Source: Octopus sinensis
Taxonomy: Eukaryota
Reading direction: 5' to 3'
Assembly: GCF_006345805.1 (NCBI RefSeq)
Contig: NW_021829675.1
Location: 1 to 32,003 of the forward strand
Length of the DNA: 32,003 nt
Shown here: positions 1 through 12,803 of the stretch, piece by piece
How the letters are laid out: each line of letters starts with the position of its first letter
How positions within the stretch are numbered: the first letter of the stretch is position 1
Translations under genes and position numbers: made by a program
Notes under the pieces: generated by a model
Told to the model about the DNA's origin: nothing
The model's database searches: none
Seen by the model: the letters and a program-made list of their open reading frames with translations, nothing else

Positions 1-1069
1 AGACATGGTAACGATACAATTTCATATGTCTCCACCCATTCCCGGGTAAGCTGGACATAAATGTGATATCTAACTCTTGGCACTTGGTTCAGATTACTTC
101 CGTGCCTTCTTCGTACACAGGTAAAACCGAGTGAACGTCTATGTACAGATTGTATAAACTGGTTAAATACATAATTTCAGTGTACACCAGAAAAGGAAAG
201 CAGGAACCAAACACTAACCATTGATATAATGTTTTAAAGGTCAACACCAGTTATCAAAACTCAATGTACGTAAAATCGAACGTCATTGGTCTCTTGTTTA
301 GTTACGGATCTCACCATTCACATAGTGTTAAGAAAAATGGACAGTGAAATAACTACATCGAGATAAAAGTATCAGCATCAAGGAATCAGTTTGTTATGAA
401 GACGTGAATCATCTAAAATATATTCCCGAAATAACAAACACCAAGTTCGTTTTATGAACCCCATAGCACATTACATAAGATCTACAGTATATATAAGAGT
501 TACGGAACATTATGTAAGTTACACTATACTTTATATAAGGCCACTGTAAAAAAGCACTTTACATGAGACCCACGATATATAGAACAGCTCCGATAACACA
601 TTGTATACTACCGACAAAAAACCATAATACAAACCGACAATACATTATACAAGATACACAATTACTCTCCAGTATCAAGTAAAGGTTCACTGCCACTACA
701 TTACTGCAAGAAATTTTCAGACAAAAAAATCTGAGTATCCGCGAAACTTATAACATCATATCTGTGGCCCAAATATAAATTAATAGTTTGCAAAAACTAA
801 CAAAAGATAATATGCTAGAATTGGAGGAACATGAAAGCTATACCTGTACTTTACATTGGTACTGGTCGAAAAGGATCGTTTTCGAAACTAACTTCCAACG
901 TTAGAGACATTAGCCCTGGATGAAGGAGGTGATATTTCAGCTCTCCTCTACCTGAGAATTAATCTGTGATGTCTATACTACGTTTACTTTAGAGACGTAT
1001 AGACTTTCTTACAGACTTTCTTAATGGTACTACCTTGCTTTATAACATAATTGTTTCAAATTTTGGAGG

Positions 1070-1240
1070 TGGTTAGTCGATTATATCGGCTCAAGTACTT
1101 CACTACTATTTTTGTTATCGACCCGAAAGGATGAAAGACAATGTTAACTTTGGCGGTAGTTGAGCTAATAAGCCAGGCGACAGCTAATATGAACTTCGTC
1201 TGGCGAACTAACGATTCTACCACCTCGTCACCACATCCGA
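1070..1240 (-). mobile_element. Degenerate octopus-type SINE fragment
   Basis: Reverse strand reads ...ggtagaatcgttag...ctttcatcctttcgggtcgataac, similar to the SINE segments at 14434-14745. Confidence 0.5.
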
Positions 1241-1411
1241 CCTCGTAGTAAACTTGGGAATTTCAGAATTTTCTGATCTATAAAACATTCCATTGATGAG
1301 AAGTACAGATCAGTGCCTAAAGAATATTGTTTGATACGTCCCAATCTTTCCAAATAAAAGTTATTCGGTTTATAAATGTGTTTAGATGATAGTAAAATCA
1401 CAAAAACTTAC

Positions 1412-1553
1412 CAGAGTCGCTATCATCATCGTCCACACTATGCGATACCTTTCTACAGCACTTCGGGTTGAGGGAACACATTTTACCAGACACTGACACA
1501 AGCAAAGCACCGTTTGGTAACACTAGCTTTACCTTAGCGGTTTTTCCTAATAT
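1412..1553 (-). CDS. Coding exon 7, second half of MIB repeat 3 plus acidic tail; next exon not identified
   Basis: ILGKTAKVKLVLPNGALLVSVSGKMCSLNPKCCRKVSHSVDDDDSDS+1 nt (142 nt), acceptor ttttgtttgtag, donor gtaagt, phase 0-1. Clearly paralogous to exon 4. Confidence 0.85.
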
Positions 1554-1869
1554 CTACAAACAAAATTAATATATAAAATTTGTGATGAAAGGGTAAAAAT
1601 AAAGCAGCAAATTATTTAAATGAAGTCAAATACTCAAGAAAATCCCAGGCCAAATTAAAAGAAAAAATACCCCTCTTTTTACACAATTAATGGACTGTTG
1701 TGTAATTTGACTTATATTTTGTCGTATTACTACTCTTTGACATTAATTTGAATAATCGCATGTGTAAACCTCAAAATTGTAATCTAAGAACATTCTTATC
1801 GTATTTCAAGATGATAAAAATTACATGCCGCTTTGGTTTTAGTTGATATATTTAACGAAAATTATATAT

Positions 1870-2870
1870 ATAACATAGTCCTATCTGTGTCACAAATGTT
1901 TGATCCTGAAGCGAAGAAACAATCAATATAATTTTGAATCTGCTTTTCTTTAAAATTCTTGCAGTAGATAAAGCAAGTTTTGGAGAGTAAGCATGATAAG
2001 CGTAAACTTCCATATTTAGGCCATAATCTGTTCCTGAGTTATTTGAGACACATGCGGCCTTGCTTTATCGTGTAAGAGAAACAACATTTTGCAGCTGGCT
2101 AATGATCTGCGAATTCTTGTGCAATGCTTTAAACTTCTCCATATTATTTGTTTTGTCTTGGCTTAACACACCATGATAGTCGATAACCTTCCTTACCCAC
2201 CAAATAGAGCATAACTATTTTTGCGCAGAAGCAAGGACTGGAGATGTATTTTTTCTTTGGATGTTCACTATATGATATGGTTATAGGGAATCCACTTTCC
2301 ATCACTTGTGATATTTCTACCTAGGTATGGTTCCGTAGGAAGTTTACTCTTCAATGAGGAGCAGAAGCTTACTCTTGAATTAAGCTGAGAATCTATCAGA
2401 TAATGAGAAACCCTTGACTTAGTGTAGGCACGTTCCTTTGTGAAAGTGTTTTATCGTAGAAGAAAGTTTTACTAATTCTTGTGCAGATTGCTTTGGATTT
2501 CCCTCAACTATCATTTTTAGAATATCAATATCGACAAATATGTCATTCAGATCGAGAATAATCTGCGACGGAATATTTTCCCGAACTATCGTGACATATT
2601 CAGAGAATTACGGGTCTATTCCATATGCAAAATGAATATTTCTTGCCACTTCCATTGCTGAAGAGCTCTTTGAATTACTAAAGTGTACAGTATCTTATCT
2701 AAATTCATTAAAAAATGGTAAGATCAAAACGAATTTAACAGCTATGGTACATAAAGCAATCTGCCGAGAAACAAAAATTATAAGAATTAGATTTAATATT
2801 TATTTTACTGAAGACTATTGAAAAAGTAACTTTAATGTGATCGTGTTAAAAATGTGACAGGCTTTAATAC
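1870..2870 (-). pseudogene. Highly degenerate mariner transposase remnant
   Basis: Minus-strand fragments in mariner order: IVEGNPKQSAQEL (~2470-2510), RNITSDGKWIPYN (2281-2320; cf. RIVTGDEKW), DKARPHVSQ...AYSPKLA (~1975-2075; cf. HDNARPH...YSPDLA). Many stops and frameshifts; ends approximate. Confidence 0.65.
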
Positions 2871-3416
2871 ACACACACTCACACACATGTACTACATAAG
2901 TGGGAAGTTCCATCTGTGGGTGTGCTTGTGGAGTTGTTAGCTAACTCCCTCCTACATCGCTTTATCGATTTTGATGAACCTTGTCACGTGAGTAGAACTC
3001 ATGTCTGGAAACGTGATGGCATACTCAGATTGTTGAAAAATCCATAATAGAGCCCTTGGAAGGGATCCTTATATATATTTAATATATTTCATTTTAACAA
3101 TCAAGGAAAATACCCCATTCGCCCAAATTTAAGAGCCAAGGGAAAAAACCCATTAATTTTCCTAAATCATTGGTATAAATCAAATTGAGTATGCTTATTT
3201 CTTAGTATTTGAACTATTAGAGTTATTATCGCAATTCATCCAGTACAACTCTTTAACAAATAAATAGTATTTTCCTAAACAATAGATCCACTTATTTCGG
3301 TTAGTGACATATATATATATATATATATATGTAGGTCCCGGGTTGATTCGGGGTTAACCACAGTAAGTAAGGTACTCAATACATAGCAGAGTAAAATTAA
3401 TTTATTATATAGAAGG

Positions 3417-3467
3417 AGCTTCTACAGGACTAGTACTGTTTCATTCAAGAGAAATCTTCAGGAAGCT
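3417..3467 (-). ncRNA. Type I hammerhead ribozyme, apparently intact
   Basis: Minus strand: agcttc CUGAAGA tttctcttgaat GAAA cag tactagtc ctg UA gaagct. Stem I agcttc/gaagct, full core, weak stem II, stem III acag/ctgt with a palindromic actagt loop, GUA cleavage triplet. Confidence 0.8.
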
Positions 3468-3826
3468 ATTTAACAAGAATTGTATTAGCATTTATACATT
3501 TAGGCAGGTTTAAGGAGTGGTGGTGGGGGACTTTTTTGGGGGTAGGCATAGCGCAAAATACATACTTGGGGGAGTGGTCAAGGAGTCAGTGGAAGTTAGA
3601 TGAAAGAATAGATAAATAAAAAAAAAAAATAAAAAAATAAAATAAAAAAAAAAAAAATAATAAAAAAATAAAAAAATAAAAAAATAAAAAAATAAAAAAA
3701 TATATATAAAAATATATATAAAAAAATATATATAAAAAAAGGGGGGATAGAGTTATAGGTAAATAAGGAGATTCTCACTTATACCTATACACATATGTAT
3801 ACGTATCTACACACACATATATACAC

Positions 3827-3861
<35 letters not shown>

Positions 3862-4297
3862 CACATACACATACACACATATACATACATATCTACATAC
3901 ACACATACATACACCCGCCCACATATACAAATTTATACACATGCACATGCATATACCTGTCTACACATACACACACGTATATATGCATACACTCACTCCC
4001 ATGCATGCACGCATACGCACATGTATATATATACCCACGACCACACATACATATATACACAGAAAAATATATATTCATACGCACATACACTCATGCACAC
4101 ACAACACACCTAGTTCCCTATATACACATATTTACACCTATATATACATACACCCACATACACATATGTACATATATATATATATATATATACATATACA
4201 CGCATACATATATATACATGTGTGCACATACATACATATACACACATACATACACATACACATACACATGTGTACCTATACATACCTACACATACAC

Positions 4298-4342
<45 letters not shown>

Positions 4343-4959
4343 CCAATACAGGCCCATTCCCTAATTTTAATTTTATTATCTTCATTTATTACTTTTGTTA
4401 TCTTGATCGCTAGAGCTAAGGATCCTGGCTATGGCAGCATGTCCATTTTGTGTCTACTAGAAGGCAAGTACTCATTCCCGCACGCACACTCATTAGCACG
4501 TACATTCACCATTCGTAACTCATACACATACACGTACGCACGCGTTATATTCATACATACAAACATCTACATACGTTCACGTATATACACATACGTACTC
4601 GTACCTACAGATTCGTGTCTACACTTTAGGAGGCTAGTCTATACATATGTATAGACTAGCCTCCTAAAGTGTAGACACGAATCTGTAGGTACGAGTACGT
4701 ATGTGTATATACGTGAACGTATGTAGATGTTTGTATGTATGAATATAACGCGTGCGTACGTGTATGTGTATGAGTGTACGAATGGGTGAATGTACGTGCT
4801 AATGAGTGTGCGTGCGGGAATGAGTACTTGCCTTCTAGTAGACAGACAAATGGACATGCTGCCATAGCCAGGATCCTTAGCTCTAGCGATCAAAGATAAC
4901 AAAAGTAATAAATGAAGATAATAAAATTAAAATTAGGGAATGGGCCTGTATTGGATTGT

Positions 4960-5002
<43 letters not shown>

Positions 5003-5436
5003 GTGTATGTGTAGGTATGTATAGGTACACATGTGTATGGTATGTGTATTATGTGTGTGTATATGTATGGTGTGCACACATGTATATATATGTATGCGTG
5101 TATATGTATATATATATATATATATATGTACATATGTGTATGTGGGGTGTATGTATATATAGGTGTAAATATGTGTATATAGGGAACTAGGTGTGTTGTG
5201 TGTGCGATGAGTGTATGTGCGTATGAATATATATTTTCTGTGTATATATGTATGTGTGGTCGTGGGTATATATATACATGTGCGTATGCGTGCATGCATG
5301 GGGAGTGAGTGTATGCATATATACGTGTGTGTATGTGTAGACAGGTATATGCATGTGCATGGTATAAATTTGTATATGTGGGCGGGTGGATTGGTGTGTA
5401 TGTAGATATGTATGTATATGTGTGTATGTGTATGTG

Positions 5437-5471
<35 letters not shown>

Positions 5472-5827
5472 GTGTATATATGTGTGTGTAGATACGTATA
5501 CATATGGTGTAGGTATAAGTGAGAATCTCCTTATTACCTTAAACTCTATCCCCCCTTTTTTTTATATATATTTTTTATATATATATTTTTTATATATTTT
5601 TTTTTTTTTTATTTTTTTATTTTTTTATTTTTATTATTTTTTTATTTTTTATTATTTTTTATTTTTTTTTTTTTATTTATCTATTCTTTCATCTAACTTA
5701 CCACTGACTCCTTGACCACTCCCCCAAGTATGATATTTTGCGCTATGCCTACCCCCAAAAAAGTCCCCCACCACCACTCCTTTAAACCTGCCTAAATGTA
5801 TAAATGCTAATACAATTCTTGTTAAAT

Positions 5828-5877
5828 AGCTTCCTGAAGATTTCTCTTGAATGAAACAGTACTAGTCCTGTAAAGCT
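5828..5877 (+). ncRNA. Mirror copy of the hammerhead in the right palindrome arm
   Basis: Same sequence as 3417-3467 on the + strand, with one G missing in the stem I 3' strand (taaagct). Confidence 0.65.
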
Positions 5878-5920
5878 CCTCTATATAATAAATAAATATA
5901 TATATATTATATATATATAT

Positions 5921-6568
5921 GTAGGTCCCGGGTTGATTCGGGGTTAACCACAGTAAGTAAGGTACTCAATACATAGCAGAGTAAAATTAATTATTATATA
6001 GAAGGAGCTTCTACAGGACTAGTACTGTTTCATTCAAGAGAAAGAATTTCAGGAAGCTATTTAACAAGAATTGTATTAGCATTTATACATTTAGGCAGGT
6101 TTAAAGGAGTGGTGGTGGGGGACTTTTGGGGGTAGGCATAGCGCAAAATATCATACTTGGGGGAGTGGTCAAGGAGTCAGTGGTAAGTTAGATGAAAGAA
6201 TAGATAAATAAAAAAATAAAAAAATAAATAAATAAAAAAATAAAATAAAAAAATAAAAAAATAAAAAATAAAAAAAAATATAAAAAAAATAAATAAAAAA
6301 AAATATATATATAAAAAAAAAATAACAAAATAAAAAAATAAAAAAATAAATAAAATAAAAAAAAAAAATAAAAATAAAAAATAAAAAATAATAAATAAAA
6401 TAAAATAAAAAAAAATATAAAAAAATATAATAAAAAAATAAAAATAAAAAAATATATAAAAAATATATATATATAAAAATATATATATAAAAAAAGGGGG
6501 AATAGAGTTATAGGTAAATAAGGAGATTCTCACTTATACCTATACACATATGTATTACGTATCTACAC

Positions 6569-6605
<37 letters not shown>

Positions 6606-7293
6606 ATATATACATATATATATATAGATATACACACACACACACATACATATACACATATACATGTATACATACGCAATACTGATACACATATATACAC
6701 ATACACACACACACAGACAGATGCATATACATACATATATATATAAATTACATATCTATATAAATACATACATAATACACATATACACACACATATATAT
6801 ATATACACATGCATATACATATACAGGTAAATACACATACATACACACACACGCGCACACATACATATACACACACACATATATACAAATACAACATACA
6901 CACATACACACACACCACTATATACAACAGTACACATATACATATATATATATCAACAAGGGAGGGTAAAGTTAATTAGTTATTAATCAATTTCATCAAG
7001 TGTTCAGTATGTAAAGGGACCATTTATTAGAGTTTAGAAAACAAAGTTAGAGGGAAAAAATTCTCTAAGTAGTGGAAGAGGCTAAAAAAACTTTATTGGC
7101 TGCTATTTCTAGAAAGTTAGTATGTGGCAAAGTAATTTATTTTATTTTACTAAGCCCTAATTATATAATATTTTATACATACATACACATACATAAAAAC
7201 ACATACATTTACACATACATATGCATATATATAAACATATACATACAAACACATATACGCATATACACACACACACACATACAAGCACATACA

Positions 7294-7332
<39 letters not shown>

Positions 7333-8377
7333 GCAAATATATATACATATATATTTTTTTTTTTTTTTTTTTTTTTTTTACATGCATACATACACACACA
7401 CACACATAATACATGCGTATATTCCTACTGTACCCATGCATTTCTATACATATATACATACATACGATACACATATACAAGCGTGCACATATAATATGTG
7501 AAAGGTCTTAGGAGAAAAGGTAATCGGGGGTGCTAGTGGAACAGTGGGGTTGGGGGGTTGTGGGGGTTGGGGGTTGGTGGGGGGTTTGTAGGGGGGGGGG
7601 TTGTCATCAATCAGGTTGCGGGTAGTAGGTCTATAGTTCTTGTAGTTCGCATACTTCTTAGCATGCAATTGGGGAGTGTTCTGAAAATTTGTTAAGGAGA
7701 GGGCCTTTGGCGAACAAGATCTCTAGGCTCTCTGATATGCATAGGTCACAGCAGGTATGTCCTCTGTGTACGAGCGCGCCTTCTGTAGTAGTTTCCACTT
7801 GGTCTTGAAGGGGATTGAGTTCCTTTTAAGGTACCGATGTGGGCGGCGAGGGTAGTTTGGTTGGATTTATCCTGTCGCCGGAACGAGTGTGTATGTGCGT
7901 ACCAGCGGGTCTTAAAGCTGTTTGACGTCATTCCAATGTAGGATTTACTTTTATCGTCAAGGCTGATCTTACCTCGCATTTATATACTAGGTCCTTCTGT
8001 AGGCAGTTGTTGTGAGGGGGCAGGTGGTTTTATCATGGCAGTTGCAATTGCTATCGGACGTTGGATGGGCCCGGAGAAAGTAGATATGTTAAGTTTTTTC
8101 ACATTGTTGTTGGCTAGGTACGTTATTTTTTTATTTTATTTTATTTATTATTTTTATTATCTATTCTTTCATCTAACTTACCACTGACTCCTTGACCACT
8201 CCCCCAAGTATGATATTTTGCGCTATGCCTACCCCCAAAAAAGTCCCCCACCACCACTCCTTTAAACCTGCCTAAATGTATAAATGCTAATACAATTCTT
8301 GTTAAATAGCTTCCTGAAGATTTCTCTGAATGAACAGTACTAGTCCTGTAGAAGCTCCTTCTATATAATAAATTAAT
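5921..8377 (-). mobile_element. 5'-truncated Penelope-like retroelement (family A) with inverted 5' pLTR
   Basis: 5921-~6570 repeats 3331-~3810 in direct orientation, apart from a longer A-rich tract (hammerhead copy 6006-6058 has a disrupted core). GIY-YIG remnant at ~7600-8125. Inverted pLTR copy ~8130-8377 with a hammerhead at 8308-8356 (GAAA reduced to GAA). (TA)n on both sides. Confidence 0.85.
7600..8125 (-). pseudogene. PLE GIY-YIG endonuclease C-terminal fragment (frameshifted)
   Basis: SNCNCHDKTTCP...CLQKDLVYKCEV...KSYIGMTSNSFKTRWYAHTHSFR...TTLAAHI..LK...CDLCISESLEIL...LLNK across frames; typical PLE endonuclease motifs. Confidence 0.8.
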
Positions 8378-8392
8378 ATTATATATATATAT

Positions 8393-8395
<3 letters not shown>

Positions 8396-8475
<80 letters not shown>
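8396..8475. repeat. (TAGA)n microsatellite
   Basis: Direct reading. Similar tracts at ~9842-9927 and ~14360-14432. Confidence 0.95.
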
Positions 8476-8868
8476 TAGATATATTTCGCAATAGAGCCTA
8501 CATATTTCTGTATAGGCTAGCGTGCGGCCTTCAGTCTATATTATAAGGTAATTAGGTATGAAAAACTGTAATTGTTATTTTCAGCTTTATATAAGATACA
8601 CGCGTTTCTCTAAACCGATTGGGGCTGTTGCACAATCTGCGTAGCAATGCTGCTGCTAATACCAAGGAAGACATCCGATCGTCTCGTGCAAAAATACCAA
8701 TCAGCTGTTGGAAACGAGTCTAAATTATATATATCTTAATAAATATAATTACGTTTTCTACATTTCTTACATAAAAATGTGTTTGCCTGTGTATGTGAGA
8801 GAGAGGATGAGAGAGAGAGAGAGAATATACATATATGCATACAAGTATATATATATCGATATACATGC

Positions 8869-8920
<52 letters not shown>

Positions 8921-9064
8921 ATTTATATACATGTGCATGTGCGTGCAAAAGTTATTATGTTTCGAAAATAAATGCACGATGATCACGTTTGAAACATGCT
9001 GATGGTATATCTGCTGGATCAGGCTAAATGTTTGGGGAAGAAAACAATTCTGAAATATACTCAC

Positions 9065-9169
9065 CGATACCATATCATCATTCCATCCGCCATGTCCTTC
9101 CTGTAACTTTTTAACTTCTTGAATGTCTTCAATTATCTTCACTGTATGACCAACGAGAAATTGATCATC
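9065..9169 (-). CDS. Coding exon 6, first half of MIB repeat 3
   Basis: DDQFLVGHTVKIIEDIQEVKKLQEGHGGWNDDMVS (105 nt), acceptor atgtttcag, donor gtgagt, phase 0-0. Confidence 0.85.
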
Positions 9170-9236
9170 CTGAAACATGGATAAGTAAAAGCAAAACATG
9201 CATATGTATGTGTGTACATATATATATATATATATA

Positions 9237-9268
<32 letters not shown>

Positions 9269-9290
9269 ATATATATATATAATAAAATAT

Positions 9291-9510
9291 TAGGGATAAA
9301 TCCAAACTTACATGAAAAATCAGATTTAGGATTAAATCCAATTTTATAGTATAAATATATTATATTATATTATATTATATTAAATTAGAGATAAAACCAC
9401 TATTAGGCAAATCAATCAATGAAAAACATAAGCCAATACATAAAATTAATTAATTAATATTATTTTAAATATATATCAAAAGTATTAAAAGTTTAATAAA
9501 AGATAAAGAG
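9291..9510. repeat. Interspersed repeat (family C), second copy at 25586-25775
   Basis: tagggataaatccaaacttac...gagataaaaccactattaggcaaatc...cataagccaatacataaaattaattaatt shared with 25586-25775; embedded in (TA)n. Confidence 0.85.
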
Positions 9511-9745
9511 TATATATATATGTATATATATACATACATACATACATATACATATAATGTAATGTATTAGCAGACACTCAGGAAAGGAAAGAAAGATGGT
9601 TTATCGTTTCGAGCAAAGCTCTTCTGCAGAAAGAGAGGAAACTCCAAAAGAAGGGAAGACGGAGGAAGAAAATCGCCAACGATTCACATGTGGTTACATA
9701 TACACACATACATACATACATACATACATACATACATACATACAA

Positions 9746-9776
<31 letters not shown>

Positions 9777-9779
9777 TAT

Positions 9780-9820
<41 letters not shown>

Positions 9821-9846
9821 GAGAGAGAGAGAGAGAGATAGGTAGG

Positions 9847-9930
<84 letters not shown>

Positions 9931-10284
9931 CGCAAACACTACTCTGTCAAATACCATACAACATAAATTCTTGATTTACTAAAATTGTCTCCGACTCTAA
10001 AGGATGTAACGTAATGTAAAAAGAAAATGGCAATTAAGGCCAGCTCCAAGAGATAACTACGAATATGTTTAGGTATTGATCTAACCTTATCTTCAGAGCA
10101 TAGCTTTCACTGTACTTGTTATGTTAGTGTGAAAGAGTTACACAGTGAATGAATAAGAATTCATATTTACTTGCATAAGGAAAAAGTTGGCAATTGAAAC
10201 ACAAATTAATATGTCTATCATATATTGATCTATTAAGATGGTGTTTGTGGCATTACTTCGCAAAAGTCGAAAGCAGAAAAGAAA

Positions 10285-10336
<52 letters not shown>

Positions 10337-10360
10337 TGTTGTTGTTGTTGTTGTTGTAGT
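10285..10360. repeat. Compound (AGT)n(GTT)n microsatellite
   Basis: Direct reading; the source of the poly-S/L/T ORFs. Confidence 0.95.
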
Positions 10361-10487
10361 ATCATGAATGCATGTTTTCATTTGGATCGTAAAAAAACGA
10401 AAAATTTGTATTATAGAAACGAGCCATGTCACGAGGGTTGGACTCAAAATGACATCTAAGATATCTAATAAAGTGACAAAAATTTAC

Positions 10488-10591
10488 TTGTCCTTCAGAA
10501 CCATCCACGATTCCGTGCAGGGATTGTAACAAGCTTCTGAAGTCAGGTGTCGCATTAAAAAACTGTTCCATCATCTCCATCATTGATGATG
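10488..10591 (-). CDS. Coding exon 5, linker
   Basis: (T)SSMMEMMEQFFNATPDFRSLLQSLHGIVDGSEGQ (104 nt), acceptor cgttttatag, donor gtaaat. Phase 1-0 exactly bridges exons 4 and 6. Confidence 0.75.
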
Positions 10592-12658
10592 CTATAAAAC
10601 GAAAGTTAATAAAACAATCAATAAAAAGAAGTGTTCATTCATATTTATAGCAAAATCGCTGGAAAAATATTAAAAGGCAAGCAAAAGATTATTGAATTAA
10701 TATAGAAAAGGCGTATGTTACAGAATGATCTTGTCGTTTTTGCTGTTGTTCGCTTTCAGCCTCAGCCAAAACTAATTGTGAAAAAATCCGATCAAAGTAG
10801 TTGCAAACTATGATAATGTCAATTCTTATGTATCAAAAAATACATTTTTCAATGATCTCTTCCTTTGTATGACGGCAGAGTTTAATTTTAAAATAGTTTA
10901 CTTGCTATTTTCTAAAGATCGTCCACCACACGATAACCAGTGATTCCGACCACCTTGGATATTTAGTCCCAGGTCAATCCTGGTTAAGCTAATGAAGCAG
11001 ATATCCTAAGAGTAACGACGGTCTAGCCTCATTATTCAACCAGTTTTAGTTTTCGAGCAATGTGGATCCGGGCCAACTGTATGCAATGTACTCTTTACGA
11101 AAACGTAATACTATTTGAGGAGATCCAGCTATTATGTCTAGTAGGCTGAATGAATATGTACATGGCGTATGTGGAAAGTCTTTGTACTGAAAGTGAAATT
11201 CCTCATAATTCCTCGAGGAATGCTTGGTAGATTTTGTTGATTTTACTTCTATAGCGCGGACCCAGACTTATCCAATCATTCACGGATTTTCTTGGAGTAT
11301 TTTACTACTAGGCCACGTGTTTTCATAAATAAATAGAGAAGCAAGATTCAAGGACTTATATATTTCTGTGAAGGCTATGTACACATGAAGCAGCATTTTT
11401 AAAAAATGCCAAAAGTAGATGAGTTCCTAAAGAATCAACGGCACCCGTATCCTGTGTTGTAGACAGGTACAATCATGATTACCAAGCCTGAAGGAACGTT
11501 TTAATAGAAGTTACACCAATATCTAATTTTATACTATACTACTGAAATGTTCAAAGAAAATCCAAGAGTGAGTAGGGTTGAAAAGATTGGAAAAACAATC
11601 AATACAGCCCCACACATTACGGCTTTTTTTACTACAACTGTTAAATTTCTCCCCATGTTGACATCCCCGGTCTCAGAAACATGTACAGAAAAAACCCGGC
11701 AATTAATTTAATACTCGCTACTTTTATCCGCCATTCAAGAAAATTTCTTGCAGGACAGCGCATTCCTATTCACTCTCGCCTTCCACTTCAATTTCGACTT
11801 GGATTAACTTGACGGAAATATATCAGTCATCAATAATAGTTTCCACTCCAATTTTCTTCACAATCACCAGGTACATAGAAGATCTCTGCTCTTTCCTGCC
11901 AATTTAAAGACGTTCTTCATATGACACCATCTATTTGACAAACACTACAATCTACAGTCGACACCCTGTTATCTAGTACTCCTATAACCAGAACTCTTAA
12001 GCAATCAGTACATAGAAAAGGGTAAAATAAACATTGTTAATTAGAGTTAATATGTGCTAATTTGTGTTAACTAATCGTTATTAAAAGAAGGTTTCTGTTG
12101 TGTCTAAAATGTTTCGTTACTTCTCAAAGTATTGTAAAGTATTTTATTTTACTGCACTTTGAGTAGCTGTATTTTATTAGGTTAACAGAAATTATTAATT
12201 ATTTAACTTATACTGTAAGTTCTTCCACTTTCTCACATTTCTACTATATTCAGAAAATTAATGAAATGGACGTATATAGCAGGTTTTAATGAATGTTTAA
12301 AGCATTATGGTAATTTAAAAAGTCGTGCTCAGATAACTTGAAAATTCAGTTATCGTCTGGTCCCAGTGATTCCGGATAGGAGGTAGTTTATTATTGGTGT
12401 ATTTAAACACGGAATGAATACATGGTAATATCATTGCATTACTCCATGTGCAGCTCAGACGGAACAATCAGATAGCACTCCAGTAACTTATAATATAATA
12501 AATTCCAACGTAAGTTATCTTTTAAAATTGTGTAATCACAGAATTTTCAGACCTATAAGTGTTAATTCAATATAAATACAGAACTTTACATCATGTACCC
12601 CCATTTATATATCAATAATAAGTGTGAAGGAAAACGAAGAAAAAACAGTTAAACTCAC

Positions 12659-12803
12659 TAGCATCATCTTCTTCCCCAACTTTCATACTTTGGGGTACTT
12701 TTGTGCAGCACAGAGGGTTGAATAAAAATATTTTACCAGACACCGACACAAGCAAATCACCGTCTGGGAATGCAATTTTTATGGTACCAATTTTGCCTAA
12801 TAC
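12659..12803 (-). CDS. Coding exon 4, second half of MIB repeat 2 plus acidic tail
   Basis: VLGKIGTIKIAFPDGDLLVSVSGKIFLFNPLCCTKVPQSMKVGEEDDA+1 nt (145 nt), acceptor ctttgtag, donor gtgagt, phase 0-1. Confidence 0.85.

Larger units (their letters stand above)
3331..5897. repeat. Spacerless palindrome (arms ~3396-4646 and 4647-~5897) of a PLE 3' end/pLTR, plus a 65-nt unpaired tail 3331-3395
   Basis: Centre ctatacat|atgtatag between 4646 and 4647. Unique segments (e.g. gctagagctaaggatcctggctatggcagc, ggggagtggtcaaggagtcagtgg) recur as reverse complements at mirror positions. Flanked by (TA)n. Confidence 0.92.

Noticed and set aside
378-412. Possible terminal exon after exon 7 (tattttag|AT GAT TCA...TGA; DDSRLHNKLIP*)
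   Set aside because: Phase fits, but it is too short and without homology to distinguish from chance. Recorded only as a candidate.
851-951. Alternative terminal exon (ttctcag|GT AGA...ATG TAA; GRGELKYHLLHPG...)
   Set aside because: Phase fits, but the polypyrimidine tract is weak and there is no recognisable similarity. Needs RNA data.
3596-7668. Dozens of Y/I/H/T- or V/C/M/Y-rich ORFs, here and throughout the window
   Set aside because: They are translations of (TA)n, (CA)n, (TACA)n and poly-A/T tracts, which lack stops in some frames.
9600-9635. Hammerhead-like cugcagaa gagc ttt gctc gaaa on the minus strand; similar motif near 28045-28080
   Set aside because: Core bases are altered (A6 missing) and no clear stems I/III are seen. 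Possibly decayed pLTR ribozymes, but not supportable.
11740-11930. Coding-looking purine-rich stretch on the minus strand
   Set aside because: It contains stops in the frames I read, and exons 4 and 5 already join in phase without it.
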